From: Candidatus Woesearchaeota archaeon
GTDB taxonomy: Archaea; Nanobdellota; Nanobdellia; Woesearchaeales; UBA10216
Direction: 5' to 3'
Assembly: GCA_016180085.1 (NCBI GenBank)
Contig: JACPBX010000018.1
Coordinates: 1-25,702, forward strand
DNA length: 25,702 nucleotides
Below, in pieces: positions 1 through 8,537 of the stretch. The notes under the pieces are model-generated. The model searched no databases and was not told where the DNA came from. It saw only the letters and a list, made by a program, of their open reading frames with translations. How positions within the stretch are numbered: position 1 is the first letter of the stretch; each line of letters begins with the position of its first letter. Both the position numbers and the translations under genes were made by a program.

Positions 1-242
1 TCTTTTAAATCCTGCAAAGTTTCTGCGTCATGCTCTGACAGGTAAGCGTAGTTTGATGATTTCAAGAATGGCTTTGCTTTATCTTCTATTTCTTTAGCAC
101 GTTTTTTTAGTTCTTCCTTTGAAGGTTTTTTATCTCCCAAGAAAATCCTGATTTTTTTCCATTTGCTTAAGCTAAGCCTTACATTTTTAGTAAAGTAGTA
201 ATATTCCTTATGATTACGTTTTATTGTTTCTATGTAGGCCAT
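1..242 (-). CDS. 5' part of a gene running off the left edge; tentatively a Fic/Doc-family protein N-terminus
   Basis: Not in the ORF track; translated by hand from ATG at 242: MAYIETIKRNHKEYYYFTKNVRLSLSKWKKIRIFLGDKKPSKEELKKRAKEIEDKAKPFLKSSNYAYLSEHDAETLQDLK, open to position 1. BRE/TATA lies about 23 nt upstream. The 'Y-I-E...YYY...K-K-I-R-x-x-LG' start resembles N-termini I recall from DPANN Fic proteins; the Fic motif itself is outside the window. Confidence 0.55.
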   Translation of the reverse strand, partial: MAYIETIKRNHKEYYYFTKNVRLSLSKWKKIRIFLGDKKPSKEELKKRAKEIEDKAKPFLKSSNYAYLSEHDAETLQDLK

Positions 243-249
243 ACCAGAT

Positions 250-297
250 TGTATGTGCACAGGGTATATAAATGTTTCGGTTGATTGTGCACATACA
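250..297. repeat. Perfect 11-bp inverted repeat bracketing that promoter (operator-like)
   Basis: TGTATGTGCAC (250-260) and GTGCACATACA (287-297), 26-nt spacer holding BRE/TATA. Confidence 0.75.
265..282 (-). promoter_or_regulatory. BRE/TATA promoter of the left-edge gene
   Basis: Minus strand reads AACCGAAACATTTATATA; TATA at 265-272, ATG at 242 (leaderless spacing). Confidence 0.7.
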
Positions 298-530
298 GAT
301 TGGGGCAGGCAAAAGCTGCTGGAATCTGGGCTTGGCAAAGGGAGTTATAGGATTATCTTCTTGGCCGCTGATGAAATGTCCAGTGGCTTCTTAGTCGTTT
401 TTTGCGGCTGTTGTGAGTGAAACTCCGGAAAGATTGCGGCGGCTGTCGGAAGAATTACGATTTTTTGAATCCACTGGACACTGGACATATGCGGCTAGGG
501 CTTATAAGCTAGTTCTGTAGCAAAAAAACA

Positions 531-569
531 AAAACATTAAAAAGGTGGCGTACTATTCAACATACGCCA
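531..569 (+). promoter_or_regulatory. TATA-like promoter plus 7-bp dyad upstream of the toxin-antitoxin-like pair
   Basis: AAAACATTAAAAA at 531-543; TGGCGTA-N10-TACGCCA at 546-569; ATG at 582. Confidence 0.55.
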
Positions 570-581
570 TGAAGTACGAAA

Positions 582-839
582 ATGCTAATAAGGGAAATAC
601 ATCTGAAAGAAGCCGCGGAGGAGAAGATACAGGAACACGGCGTGGTGGAAAGAGAAGCAGAAGAAGCATTGCTGCGGGACGAGCCGAAATATTTCAAAGC
701 GAGAAACGGCAGGTATATGGGGATAGGCGTAGCGCAGAGGTTTATCACGGTAATTTTTGAATATGCTGATGGAATCGCCACCATAGTAACAGCTTACCCA
801 TCATCAAAATCGCAAATAAAGCTTTACCACCGAAAATGA
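582..839 (+). CDS. BrnT/DUF4258 (RelE-fold)-like putative toxin, 85 aa
   Basis: Size and pattern 'EKIQEHGV..EAEEAL....YF....GRYMGIG....ITVIFEY......IVTAYP' are typical of BrnT/DUF4258-like RNases; ATGA overlap with the next gene. Confidence 0.65.
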   Translation: MLIREIHLKEAAEEKIQEHGVVEREAEEALLRDEPKYFKARNGRYMGIGVAQRFITVIFEYADGIATIVTAYPSSKSQIKLYHRK

Positions 840-1255
840 AAAGGAACATACCAGAAGAGGATGACATAAAGGAAGAGGACATTATTGGCGAGGTACACTT
901 TGAAATAGACAAAGATGCATTTAAAGGGCCTTTTACTTGCTGCGGCAGGAAAACCAAAAAGGCAACGAAGGGCATATCATCGAAAGGGCAAAAAATAACT
1001 TATGATGTCTGGAAATGCGGCAAATGCGGGGAGGAATATCTGGACAGCGACCAAGCAGGAAAGCTTGAAGATATTTGGGCAATACAAAAATTTCTTGAAG
1101 GAAAATCACCCACCATGGAAAGAAGTCTTAATTACGACGGCAAAACGTATTTTGTGCGGTTTCCGAAGGATTTGACTGGTTCATGGGCAAAAAAGAAAAA
1201 GGCAAACATAACGATGCTAACCCCTGAGAAGTTCTTGGTTGAAGTAGCCCAATAG
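836..1255 (+). CDS. Putative antitoxin: YgiT/MqsA-type zinc ribbon fused to an AbrB/MazE-like C-terminal domain, 139 aa
   Basis: CC..(23 aa)..CxxC followed by GEEY (YgiT-type); C-terminal 'RSLNYDGKTYFVRFPKDL...ANITMLTPEKFLVEV' resembles a swapped-hairpin; acidic N-terminus; translational coupling to 582..839. Confidence 0.65.
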   Translation: MKRNIPEEDDIKEEDIIGEVHFEIDKDAFKGPFTCCGRKTKKATKGISSKGQKITYDVWKCGKCGEEYLDSDQAGKLEDIWAIQKFLEGKSPTMERSLNYDGKTYFVRFPKDLTGSWAKKKKANITMLTPEKFLVEVAQ

Positions 1256-1256
1256 C

Positions 1257-4200
1257 TTAATTAAACGCCTCAGGGGGCCTGCCCCTCTGGTCCTGCTGCT
1301 GCGAGCGCTCGGAGCGCTGGCTCTCGTACTCCCTGACAATCTCGGCTGCCTCTTCCGCATCGCGCGATTTGCCCTTTCCGCCTCTCCCGCTTCCTCTGCC
1401 GCCTTTGCCAAGCTTGCTGAATGGGTTCGGGAAGCTGAAGCCGCCACCCATCCCGCCACCTTTTTTCTTGATTATAAAGAAAGCGCCTCCGCCTATGGCA
1501 GCAACAACTAAGCCAATGATAACAAATAATAGCGTTTTACCTGTGCCGCCTTTACCTTTGCCTGCTTCACCGGTTTCGTTTCCTGAAACATTGCCAGCTG
1601 CCGCACTTACATTGACTGGCCCTGCTGCAGCCGCTGTTTCCGCAGCGGATGAGGCTGCTGCCGGTTTCAGGACAACCGCAAACAGCGACAGGCCTGGCGA
1701 GGTTGCCTCGAAATAATTGTCGGTTGTGTCGGAGCGCTTGTAAACCGTATCAAGCGATGTCCACAAGTCATTGAAGTAGCGCTGCAGCACTATGTTCTTG
1801 ATGGAACCGGAGTTCTGGTCAAACCACTTTTTCTCAACCTTAAACTCGATTTTAACCTCGGAAACATCGGTGTCTTTGAGGTTGGCCTTGTCAATTTTTA
1901 TGTACTGGTAAACCTTGCCCTGGACCTCCCTTTTCACTGTTGGCGAAGTGGCAAGCTTGGTGACAGTCAGCTCAACGTTCGAAGCGCTGTTCACAGTCGT
2001 GATGTCCAGGTTTTTGAAGCTTATTTCCTCCTTGGAGATGCTCATTGTTGAAGTGCCGGCAGGCATGACGTCCCATTTTTTGGATACCTTTATGCCCGCG
2101 TCAGGCGCAGGAGTGCCCCCTCCGCCACCGCCTCCTCCGGGGCTGCTGCCGGGGCTGCTGCCGGTGCTGGCTGAAGGCGTAACGCTGATGTTGGCGTAGT
2201 TCCCGAAAGGACCTTTTGACGGAACGAAGACTGTAAAGTTAACGTTCCCCCCGTCATCAGCAGGCACAACCGCAAAGTGGTATGTGCCTTTTACAAAGCC
2301 GCTGACCGAAGTTGAGTTGGTAGTGCCTGAAACACTCTTGACAAAAGTCGTCAGGTTGGCCTGGGTCACGTTATTGCCGGCAGCAAGGTTGACATTCGTC
2401 TCGTTTGCGGCTGAGCGATAAATCTGGTAGGTAAGGTTGAAGGAATCAGCCTCGCCGTTAACGTCCTGGGTCACGTTAAGCCACGTAATGGTAACTGAGG
2501 TGTCAGATGTTGTTATGGTAATGTTCAGGGCTGAACGGGGCATCACTGTATCGTTTACTGTGGCATTATATCTGTTAAAAACGCTTGATAAATTAACGCC
2601 CCCGCCTGAAGAGCTGTTCTGCAGGTTTCCTGTCGCGTCAACAGCTGCAACAGCATAATAGAAAATGCTGCCGTTAAGTGTGGTGTTGTCAATGTAGGTC
2701 TGAACGCCCTCGCCAATCCTGGCTGCAGATGTGAGGTTCGTGATGTTTATAACGTAATTTATGTCAGAATAGTTTGTAAGGTTGTTCCAAAGCGTGCTTA
2801 TGTTGGAAGCGGACCTGAAGATTATGTAGCTCTCCCCTGTTTCGCTAGGAACATCAGTCCAGTTTATCACCACGTTTCCGCCGATAGTGGCTGATATGTT
2901 TACCAGAGCAGGCGCTGCCGGCGGAGTGGAATCGCTGCCCTGCGGGCCTCCCGAGCCGTCAGAGAAGTGCGGCAGGTTTATCCAAACATAGTTCGTAGAT
3001 GTGTTTATGTAGCACTTGCTTGTTGAGGTATCATTACCTCCTGAGCCCACACAAGGCATGCCGCCAGATGTTGTGTTAAACCAGCTTGCATTGTAGTCAG
3101 ACCAGTCAGAAGGTACTGACTGCGCATTCTGGTTCTGGGTGCTGTTCCATGCAAGAGAGCCGGTGTCATCGAAAAGCTCCTTAATCGTGAAATTAATCTG
3201 CTGGGAGTCATCAAGTCTTGAATAATTGTACGGCATGCCAACAAGCACCTTGTCGTAAATGTTGGGCGCAGCGCTGCCGAACTTGAAGAGCTCCTGATAA
3301 CTGGTGCCGTTCGTGTCCGCTCTAAGCGCGCTATCGCTCATCGAAGCCTCAGGGGGGCCTGAAGCGAGCATGTCGACCCCTATAAAGTAGACCTTCACGC
3401 CAGTCGTGTTAATCTCCATAAGCAGGTTGACCTTGCCAGTAGCCATGACCTTCAGAGGGTTAAACCCGCCAGCGTCAAAGTCGTTTGGGAACAGCCTGCA
3501 GCTGTCAACACTGGCATTAAACACGTTGCAGGCCTGGCTGTTTCTCATAAAGGTAAGCTTGTAGTTCCCGGCCAGGGCACCGGAGAACTGCTCAGAACTG
3601 CCGTTTGCATTGAACTTCTTTGGCTTGAAGGTGTTTAATGTAACACGGATTATGCCATTCGGCTCTTTTGAGGCGTTTGTTATGTTGAGCTTTACCTTCA
3701 TCGGCGCAAATTGCCTGTTGAAAATAAGCAAGGTGGCATTGCTATCGTTAAGAATGGGCAGGCTTACAATCCCGCCACTGAGCTGGTCAACCATATACCT
3801 GAACGTTGGGAAAACAGACCTGTGGCCAACCATGTCAACCTTAATCTCTGTGTGCGCATCATCCAAAGGCAGGCCGTTGGCATCGCTGATGTTTATCTTC
3901 ACAAAGCTGGCGTTGAGGGTAGTTGAGCCGCTGCTAACGCTTGAGTAATTGCCTGCAAGCCTCTTCAATGTCAGGTTGTGGGCGATGTTCCCGGTTACTG
4001 TGAAGTTGCTGAAATAGGCAAAGTACTCCCCGCCTCCTGAGCTAGTCGCTGTTGCATTTGCCCCATAAACCTCAAGAATCTGGTAAATGCCAGACGCTGA
4101 GCCCATAACAACAGCGCTATAGTTGGCAGCGTAATTGCCAGTGCCAGGAGGAGTCTGGTTTATCACATTACCGCCTGAAATCTGCAGGTCAGAGTTGGGC

Positions 4201-5111
4201 GGCACCATGCCCGCAACGCCGAGCTTGACCAACAGCTGGGTAATGTTAACAGCTGTTGAGTTGCCCTCAACGGTTATGTTGCCTGATATTACATTCATGG
4301 AGAAGGCAAGGCTCTTGTTAAAGCTGAGGACGATTTCTTTAAGGTCTTCTGAGAAGTTTGAAATGTTATTGACTACAATTGTCTGCGGGGGCAGGGCAAG
4401 GTTAAAGGGGTTAGGGTCGCCGGGATTAAATTGAGGAGGCCGCATCACCATAATTGTATAGTTCTTAGCCCTTGGCACAACAATTGTGGTGTTAAAGCGG
4501 AGGGTCATAAAGTCCTCAGAAATCGGGAAGCCCAGCGCATCGTCAAAGACGAGGTTGCTGAAATTAACCATGGCAGAGCCGTTCCACGCGGTAAGGTAAA
4601 ATGTGACAGCCGGCTGCAGGTAAATGGTGCTGTTGTCAAGAAACGCCATCAGGGCACCCATCGGAACAGGGGGCAGTGTCGGACCAACTTCCCATGCGTT
4701 CCAGCTTGTGGCGTTGTAGGCAACAACCTTCACGGTGTACAGCGCCATACAACTGCCTGGGCCAACATTCAGGGTGAAGTTGCCGCTGCTTGCGTTGGTT
4801 GTTGTCTGATTTATAAACGTCGTCTGAGGCTCGCCAAACTGGGAAAAGCTCATGTTGTAAATAGAAACGTTAACAGAGGCGTTCCATGTCGATGTGCTGT
4901 TAGTTGTAGCGTTATGGAAACTGCTGTTGAGGACGTTGCCGTGAAGCACAAAACTGCCTGTTAGAGCAGGGGCCCACGGGCACGGCGGAGGGCCCTGCTG
5001 GCCAGTGCCAAAGGAGCTGAAAAGGAGTACTAAAACAGCTGCAAACACAACAGCAGCAACCAACGAAGCAGAGATCCTAGATAAACTACCCAACTTCCCT
5101 AACTTACCCAT
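1257..5111 (-). CDS. Large secreted, C-terminally anchored surface glycoprotein with two FN3-like modules and a PGF-pre-PGF domain, 1284 aa
   Basis: N-terminal hydrophobic signal; very dense N-x-S/T sequons; FN3-like 'PPAAP..V.I.W......Y.I.RS' twice; Gly linker; PGF-pre-PGF signature 'VYQYIKI...IEFKVEKKW...SPGLSLFAV' (~1675-2100); TM helix followed by KKK; GAGGTG Shine-Dalgarno at 5116-5121. Confidence 0.85.
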   Translation of the reverse strand: MGKLGKLGSLSRISASLVAAVVFAAVLVLLFSSFGTGQQGPPPCPWAPALTGSFVLHGNVLNSSFHNATTNSTSTWNASVNVSIYNMSFSQFGEPQTTFINQTTTNASSGNFTLNVGPGSCMALYTVKVVAYNATSWNAWEVGPTLPPVPMGALMAFLDNSTIYLQPAVTFYLTAWNGSAMVNFSNLVFDDALGFPISEDFMTLRFNTTIVVPRAKNYTIMVMRPPQFNPGDPNPFNLALPPQTIVVNNISNFSEDLKEIVLSFNKSLAFSMNVISGNITVEGNSTAVNITQLLVKLGVAGMVPPNSDLQISGGNVINQTPPGTGNYAANYSAVVMGSASGIYQILEVYGANATATSSGGGEYFAYFSNFTVTGNIAHNLTLKRLAGNYSSVSSGSTTLNASFVKINISDANGLPLDDAHTEIKVDMVGHRSVFPTFRYMVDQLSGGIVSLPILNDSNATLLIFNRQFAPMKVKLNITNASKEPNGIIRVTLNTFKPKKFNANGSSEQFSGALAGNYKLTFMRNSQACNVFNASVDSCRLFPNDFDAGGFNPLKVMATGKVNLLMEINTTGVKVYFIGVDMLASGPPEASMSDSALRADTNGTSYQELFKFGSAAPNIYDKVLVGMPYNYSRLDDSQQINFTIKELFDDTGSLAWNSTQNQNAQSVPSDWSDYNASWFNTTSGGMPCVGSGGNDTSTSKCYINTSTNYVWINLPHFSDGSGGPQGSDSTPPAAPALVNISATIGGNVVINWTDVPSETGESYIIFRSASNISTLWNNLTNYSDINYVINITNLTSAARIGEGVQTYIDNTTLNGSIFYYAVAAVDATGNLQNSSSGGGVNLSSVFNRYNATVNDTVMPRSALNITITTSDTSVTITWLNVTQDVNGEADSFNLTYQIYRSAANETNVNLAAGNNVTQANLTTFVKSVSGTTNSTSVSGFVKGTYHFAVVPADDGGNVNFTVFVPSKGPFGNYANISVTPSASTGSSPGSSPGGGGGGGGTPAPDAGIKVSKKWDVMPAGTSTMSISKEEISFKNLDITTVNSASNVELTVTKLATSPTVKREVQGKVYQYIKIDKANLKDTDVSEVKIEFKVEKKWFDQNSGSIKNIVLQRYFNDLWTSLDTVYKRSDTTDNYFEATSPGLSLFAVVLKPAAASSAAETAAAAGPVNVSAAAGNVSGNETGEAGKGKGGTGKTLLFVIIGLVVAAIGGGAFFIIKKKGGGMGGGFSFPNPFSKLGKGGRGSGRGGKGKSRDAEEAAEIVREYESQRSERSQQQDQRGRPPEAFN

Positions 5112-5176
5112 CCAACACCTCTTTCACTATCCCCTCAGCTGATGCGAAGAAACAACGAATAAGCTGTGGCATGCGT

Positions 5177-5234
5177 ATTTAAATTTTTCTATGTGCCCGG
5201 TTTATTCCCTGAAACGGATAAAAACATTTAAAAA
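5177..5234. promoter_or_regulatory. Divergent TATA boxes for the surface protein (-) and the carbamoyltransferase operon (+)
   Basis: ATTTAAAT at 5177-5184 (minus: GAAAAATTTAAATA); AAAACATTTAAAAA at 5221-5234, 28 nt before ATG 5262. Confidence 0.6.
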
Positions 5235-5261
5235 ACAGGCAAAACCAGCCCCTGACCTGAA

Positions 5262-5528
5262 ATGGGGATTTTTGACTTTCTAAAGCCACTTGGCAGGCTG
5301 AAGCCATTACTTGCACCACTAGAGTTTGTAGGGAAAAAGGTTGCCATCCTTGTGAATTATGTTCTTTTAAGTATCGTTTATTTTACGGCTTTTGCCGCAA
5401 CTGCTGCAATTGCCAAGGTTGCCAGGAAAAGGTTCCTGGAACTCAAGCCTGACCATAACAGGCAGAGCTACTGGATTGAGAGCAAGAAAGAGGACCACAG
5501 CAAAAAGGAAGCTTACAGGCCATTCTGA
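5262..5528 (+). CDS. SxtJ-family-like small membrane protein (C-terminal half only), 88 aa
   Basis: 'VNYVLLSIVYF...A.IAK.....L......SYW......Y..F' matches the conserved C-terminal part of SxtJ-like proteins that accompany carbamoyltransferases; directly upstream of one. Confidence 0.7.
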   Translation: MGIFDFLKPLGRLKPLLAPLEFVGKKVAILVNYVLLSIVYFTAFAATAAIAKVARKRFLELKPDHNRQSYWIESKKEDHSKKEAYRPF

Positions 5529-5545
5529 TGAGGGTGTAAAGGAAA

Positions 5546-7273
5546 ATGAACATACTGGGCGTATCGTGCTTTTACCATGACAGCTCGGCAGCGCTGCTCC
5601 AGGACGGCAAAATAGTGGCTGCCGCGCAGGAAGAGCGCTGGACAAGGAAGAAGCACGACATCAGCTTTCCGGAAAACGCCATAAAGTACTGCCTTGGGCA
5701 GGCAGGGCTGGCTATTGATGAGATTGACGCTGTCGGGTTTTACGAAAAGCCGCTGCTGAAGTTCGAAAGGCTGCTGAGCTCGCACATCGAGACCTTCCCT
5801 AAGTCGTACAAGGTGTTCGTGCAGGCCCTGCCAAGCTGGATAACCGAAAAGCTCAGGATACCAAGCATCCTGAGGAAGAAGCTCAGGTACAGCGGCAAGG
5901 TGTTCTTCGTGGACCACCACACGGCCCATGCTGCAAGCGCTTTCCACGTCTCGCCTTTTGAGGAAGCCGCAATATTCACGGCAGACGGGGTTGGGGAATG
6001 GACAACCACCACGCTGGGAGTTGGGAAGGGCAGTGAGGTAACACTTCTCAAGGAGCTCCATTTCCCGCACTCGCTGGGCCTGCTCTACAGCACTGTGACA
6101 GCATACCTTGGGTTCAAGGTGAATAACGACGAATACAAGGTCATGGGGCTGGCGCCATACGGCAAGCCAGCTTACTATGACGCGTTCAGGAAAATAATAG
6201 ACGTCAAGGAGGACGGCAGCTACAGGCTTGACATGGACTATTTCACGTTCCATTACGGCACAAGGATGCTAAGCAGGAAGTTTGAGGAAAAATTCGGTCC
6301 TTCCAGGAGGAAAGAAGGGCCTGTGGAGGAAAGGCACAAGGACATTGCAGCATCGCTGCAGAAAGTGGTAGAGGAGGCAGTATTCGCTGCCGTGAATCAT
6401 CTCCACGAAATCACCAAAACAAAAAACCTGTGCCTTGCAGGAGGGGTGGCACTGAACTCCGTAGCCAACGGAAAGCTGACAAAGATGACGCCATTCAGGA
6501 AGGTTTACATCCCCCCGGCCCCATCTGATCCCGGCGCTGCTGTCGGAGCTGCGACAGTCGTTTACCACATGCTGTTGGGAAAGCCGAGAAATTTCATAAT
6601 GGACCGCGCCGACCTAGGGCCTGGATTCGGCCATGAGCAGGTAAAACAGTTCCTGGACGGCAAAAATGTTGTTTACAAAGAGCTTCCGGAAAAGGAGCTC
6701 CTCAAAACCGTTGCAAGGCTGCTGTGGGAAAATAACGTGGTTGGATGGTTCCAGGGCAGGATGGAATTCGGGGAAAGGGCCTTGGGCAGCAGAAGCATCC
6801 TTGCCAATCCCTGCAACCCTGAAATGAAAGACATCCTTAACCTGAAGGTAAAGCACAGGGAGCAGTTCAGGCCTTTTGCGCCTGTCGTAACAGCTGAGGA
6901 TGCAAAAGACTACTTTGACGTTGACACAGAGGTGCCGTTCATGTCATTCGTTTACCCTGTCAGGGAGCCAAAAAGAAAAATGCTGCCTGCAGTAACCCAC
7001 GTTGACGGCTCAGGAAGGCTGCAGACCATAAGGAGAGAGGCAAACCCAAGATACTATGACGTTATCAGGGAGTTTGAAAAGCTGAGCAAGGTGCCGATAC
7101 TGGTTAACACATCCTTCAACATCAGGGGAGAGCCCATAGTCATGACGCCTGAGCACGCGTACCGGTGCTTTACAGGCACGGGCATCGACTACCTTGCGAT
7201 GGACAATTTTCTTATTAAAAGAGAGGACAACAAGAAAGACCTGTGGGACAGCGAAAGCCTCGCCAGGGACTAG
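5546..7273 (+). CDS. O-carbamoyltransferase, NodU/CmcH/TobZ/SxtI family, 575 aa
   Basis: Motifs YHDSSAAL, EERWTRKKH, HHTAHAAS, DGVGE, SLGLLY, EYKVMGLAPYG, AGGVALN, GWFQGRMEFG.RALG.RS, FRPFAP, HVDGSGRLQT, NTSFN. Confidence 0.95.
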   Translation: MNILGVSCFYHDSSAALLQDGKIVAAAQEERWTRKKHDISFPENAIKYCLGQAGLAIDEIDAVGFYEKPLLKFERLLSSHIETFPKSYKVFVQALPSWITEKLRIPSILRKKLRYSGKVFFVDHHTAHAASAFHVSPFEEAAIFTADGVGEWTTTTLGVGKGSEVTLLKELHFPHSLGLLYSTVTAYLGFKVNNDEYKVMGLAPYGKPAYYDAFRKIIDVKEDGSYRLDMDYFTFHYGTRMLSRKFEEKFGPSRRKEGPVEERHKDIAASLQKVVEEAVFAAVNHLHEITKTKNLCLAGGVALNSVANGKLTKMTPFRKVYIPPAPSDPGAAVGAATVVYHMLLGKPRNFIMDRADLGPGFGHEQVKQFLDGKNVVYKELPEKELLKTVARLLWENNVVGWFQGRMEFGERALGSRSILANPCNPEMKDILNLKVKHREQFRPFAPVVTAEDAKDYFDVDTEVPFMSFVYPVREPKRKMLPAVTHVDGSGRLQTIRREANPRYYDVIREFEKLSKVPILVNTSFNIRGEPIVMTPEHAYRCFTGTGIDYLAMDNFLIKREDNKKDLWDSESLARD

Positions 7274-7321
7274 GGGATGCGCAGTAAGAGTGCTGAGAAA
7301 TAAGCAAGGAGGAACAGACCC

Positions 7322-8515
7322 ATGAAACTTAAACAGCCCGTAAAAAAGATGCTGCTGCTGGCGCTAACGCTGCTTGTGTGCGCGATAGTTATAGAGGTGT
7401 TCTTCAGGTTCTACTGGCCGTACAAGTCAGTATACGTCTCAGACGACGAGCTCAACTATAAATTAAAGCCAAACTTTGAGGGTGTGTACAAAAGCCCTGA
7501 AGGGCAGCACAGGTTCTGGACAAACGGGGAAGGGTTCGTCAACCAGGACCCCAAGAGAGAGAAGCGCCAGGGCACAAAAAGAATCTTCATTGTGGGCGAC
7601 TCCTTCGTGGAAGGGCTATACACTGAAAAGAAAAACCACTTCACAGAGCTGCTGCAGAACAAGCTGGACAGCTACGCCAGCAGACAGCCATCAACAAAAT
7701 ACGAGGTAATAAGCTACGGCACAAGCTCGTGGGGCACAGACAACGCGTACAAGTACATAATAACGCAGGCATTTGGCTATAATCCCGACATCGTTGTGCT
7801 CACTTACTACCAGAACGACCTGGGAAACGTGGCAGTAAGCAGGCTCTTCAGGGTTGAGAACGGAAGCGTGGTGCCAACTGACGTTGGAGGAACAACAGTT
7901 GGGAACAAGGTGAAGAAGCTCATCACAAAGTGCAGCTTTTACTCTTCATTCTGCAGCTACTTCCAGATACACGCAACACAGTTCAAGTTCCTCCACCCGA
8001 TAATGGCACGGCTTGGCTTCAGCGTTGCAACAGGGGAAGCTGCCACGACAGACTTCAACAAGCACCCTTATGCCACGGAGCTGGCGCCTGGCGACAAACG
8101 GACCATAGAAGATGCCTGGAACAAAACCGAGCTTCTTATAAGAACCGCAAAGACAGAGGCAGAGCAGAGAGGAGCAAAGTTCGCCCTGGCTTATATTCCC
8201 TCAAGGTGGGAAGTTGATGAAGAGGCATACGAAGGCTTCCTGCAGGCAGCCAACCTCAGCCGTGACAAAACAAATATGCGCGCTGTCAGGGAGAGGATAG
8301 CAGGCATAAGCGCCAGAAACGGGATAATGCTGATAGATCCCACAGATAAATTTTTGGACTACGAGGGCAAAAACATAACCCTTTACCAGTCCTTCGTGCA
8401 CTTCACGAAGGAGGGCGACAAGCTGTTTGCAGAAGAGCTTTACCAGGGCCTGACAAACTACAGCATGATTGAAGGCAAAAGCGAAGACGAAAGCCAAAAT
8501 ATAAAAACAGGATAG
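7322..8515 (+). CDS. N-terminally membrane-anchored SGNH/GDSL-fold protein (AlgX-like acyltransferase/esterase), 397 aa
   Basis: TM at residues ~11-30; block I IFIVGDSFVEG, block II GTSSWGT, block III YQNDL, block V HFTKEG; GGAGG Shine-Dalgarno. Confidence 0.85.
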   Translation: MKLKQPVKKMLLLALTLLVCAIVIEVFFRFYWPYKSVYVSDDELNYKLKPNFEGVYKSPEGQHRFWTNGEGFVNQDPKREKRQGTKRIFIVGDSFVEGLYTEKKNHFTELLQNKLDSYASRQPSTKYEVISYGTSSWGTDNAYKYIITQAFGYNPDIVVLTYYQNDLGNVAVSRLFRVENGSVVPTDVGGTTVGNKVKKLITKCSFYSSFCSYFQIHATQFKFLHPIMARLGFSVATGEAATTDFNKHPYATELAPGDKRTIEDAWNKTELLIRTAKTEAEQRGAKFALAYIPSRWEVDEEAYEGFLQAANLSRDKTNMRAVRERIAGISARNGIMLIDPTDKFLDYEGKNITLYQSFVHFTKEGDKLFAEELYQGLTNYSMIEGKSEDESQNIKTG

Positions 8516-8537
8516 AAAGAAACGAAGCGTAGGGGAG

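Noticed and set aside
253..420. 55-aa plus-strand ORF (MCTGYINV...CGCCE)
   Set aside because: Overlaps the promoter and operator repeats, has no RBS and no recognisable motif.
545..760. 71-aa ORF, plus minus-strand ORFs 557..784 and 745..975
   Set aside because: Alternative frames over the better-supported 582..839 and 836..1255 genes.
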